DNA of 63,927 nt, filler included, from Choristocarpus tenellus KU-1152 (taxonomy: Eukaryota > Protista > Phaeophyceae), in the NCBI GenBank assembly GCA_964200185.2. It is 10 parts of 10 records of this genome, joined end to end, with 100 filler letters (N's around TTAATTAATTAA, not from the genome) between each part and the next. Parts side by side here need not be neighbours in the genome. Positions count along the whole stretch, not along the records: positions 60,676 to 63,927 come from CAXNAD020021253.1; 9 more parts are not named here. One strand, given 5' to 3'. Shown one piece after another: positions 63,641-63,927 of the stretch (position 1 is the first letter of the stretch; every line of letters begins with the position of its first letter). The notes below the pieces were generated by a model. The model was not told where the DNA came from and made no database searches. It saw only the letters and a list, made by a program, of their open reading frames with translations. The position numbers and the translations under genes were made by a program.

Positions 63641-63927
63641 CGTAAGTTTTTATACCTACTATATGTGTGTGTTGTGGTACTACTGTCTGCACGACTATAG
63701 TATACGTGCCGTGCAACTGTTGTCCAACTACTACTATGCCCTGTGTTAAGATATACATTGCTCTTGCAACGAATTAATCACTGACCTCCTTTGTTTGAGT
63801 TGGAAGGAATCACGAGGATAGCATTGCCATGGGCTTTGTGGAAGAGGCCAGGAGAGCTGTGTTCGATTAGACTCTTCCAACTCTATCGGACAGTTACGGT
63901 AAAATATGTATGGAGTAATGGAACAAT

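Overview
Eukaryotic, intron-rich, transposon-rich genomic DNA. It is inferred to be a photosynthetic stramenopile, most likely a brown alga, from gene structure, a CRTISO-family gene and the transposable-element (TE) types. The window is not one locus: ten contigs are joined by nine artificial 100-bp linkers (44 N + TTAATTAATTAA + 44 N), so adjacency across linkers is meaningless. Host genes rebuilt by hand from GT-AG exons: a PH-domain gene head-to-head with an uncharacterised gene, a single-pass membrane protein with an exon-duplicated Cys-bracketed repeat, the 3' ends of a carotenoid-isomerase-family gene and of PTH2, and one unidentified two-exon fragment. Mobile DNA: two decayed Ty1/copia elements, a plant-mariner-type transposase relic, weak Harbinger-, pogo- and LINE-like relics, and an intron-containing Sola-like (DUF7869-type) transposase pseudogene. 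The most distinctive signal is about 19 copies or ends of two MITE families. They share a G(A/G)N(T/C)CAAAGTATCT terminus and a CCCCAAATGGAC subterminal motif, and they show mixed 3-bp and 4-bp target-site duplications. One inverted pair of these MITEs brackets an unknown ORF. All family assignments are from motif recognition only; no searches were run.
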